A stretch of 42,729 bases of DNA, from positions 1-42,729 of the forward strand of contig JAWWBT010000003.1 in assembly GCA_033720815.1 (NCBI GenBank), written 5' to 3'. The DNA comes from Gammaproteobacteria bacterium (GTDB lineage: Bacteria; Pseudomonadota; Gammaproteobacteria; Natronospirales; JAJUFS01). The notes under the pieces were generated by a model. It made no database searches, had not been told where the DNA came from, and saw only the letters and a list, made by a program, of their open reading frames with translations. Each line of letters begins with the position of its first letter. Within the stretch, counting starts at the first letter, position 1. Below, piece by piece: positions 42,543-42,729 of this stretch. The position numbers and the translations under genes are program-made.

Positions 42543-42583
42543 GTACCCCTCGATGCATCTTACCCCCGGATGCATCCCCTCTC

Positions 42584-42611
42584 GCGGCGGGCTTCGGCCC
42601 GCCGTTTTTTA
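42584..42611 (+). terminator. intrinsic terminator after nirS
   Basis: GCGGCGGGC-ttcg-GCCCGCCGT followed by a T-run. Confidence 0.9.
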
Positions 42612-42627
42612 TTTCCATCCAGTCCCC

Positions 42628-42641
42628 ATGATTTAAATCAT
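42628..42641. promoter_or_regulatory. FNR-like palindrome variant, possibly for the next gene beyond the window
   Basis: ATGAT-TTAA-ATCAT perfect palindrome, but no clear -10 hexamer at the 22-bp spacing. Confidence 0.4.
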
Positions 42642-42729
42642 TAGCATCCGGCTCCGGATTAATTAACCGTGGTGAAAACATAGGGAAACAGACGGGGGTC
42701 GCGGCATGGAGGGGAAATCTGGGGTGGCC

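Noticed and set aside
42706-42729. Possible start of the next gene at the window edge
   Set aside because: Only eight codons are visible, which is too little to support a call.

Overview
A GC-rich, chromosomal-looking window, most likely from a gammaproteobacterium (inferred from gene content, not from a search). I found no integrase, transposase, prophage or CRISPR array. From left to right: rplY (5' truncated), pth and ychF, with ychF bracketed by three diverged copies of a structured palindromic repeat; a secreted YbjN-like protein and tRNA-Met; a TPR-sulfotransferase divergent from a signal-peptide-bearing katG, with an OxyR-type site between them; RMD1-family, YkgJ-family, AI-2E transporter and M28 lipopeptidase genes; gshA; a translationally coupled minus-strand trio (TfoX C-terminal-domain protein, subclass B1 metallo-beta-lactamase, unknown internally duplicated helical protein) divergent from an addBA-like helicase-nuclease pair and a 5'-nucleotidase; sbtAB; the full cbb3 oxidase cluster ccoNOQP-(orf)-ccoGHIS plus a DsbD_2/TauE-like gene; hemN and fnr; a tyrosine-decarboxylase-like PLP enzyme coupled to pdxH; an outer-membrane beta-barrel, a small Cys-containing ORF, and a cd1 nitrite reductase (nirS) with an extra N-terminal cytochrome c domain. 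Five FNR-type boxes each lie exactly 22 bp from a -10-like hexamer, which suggests a low-oxygen regulon that includes the decarboxylase-pdxH operon. All assignments come from reading motifs by eye; no database searches were run.
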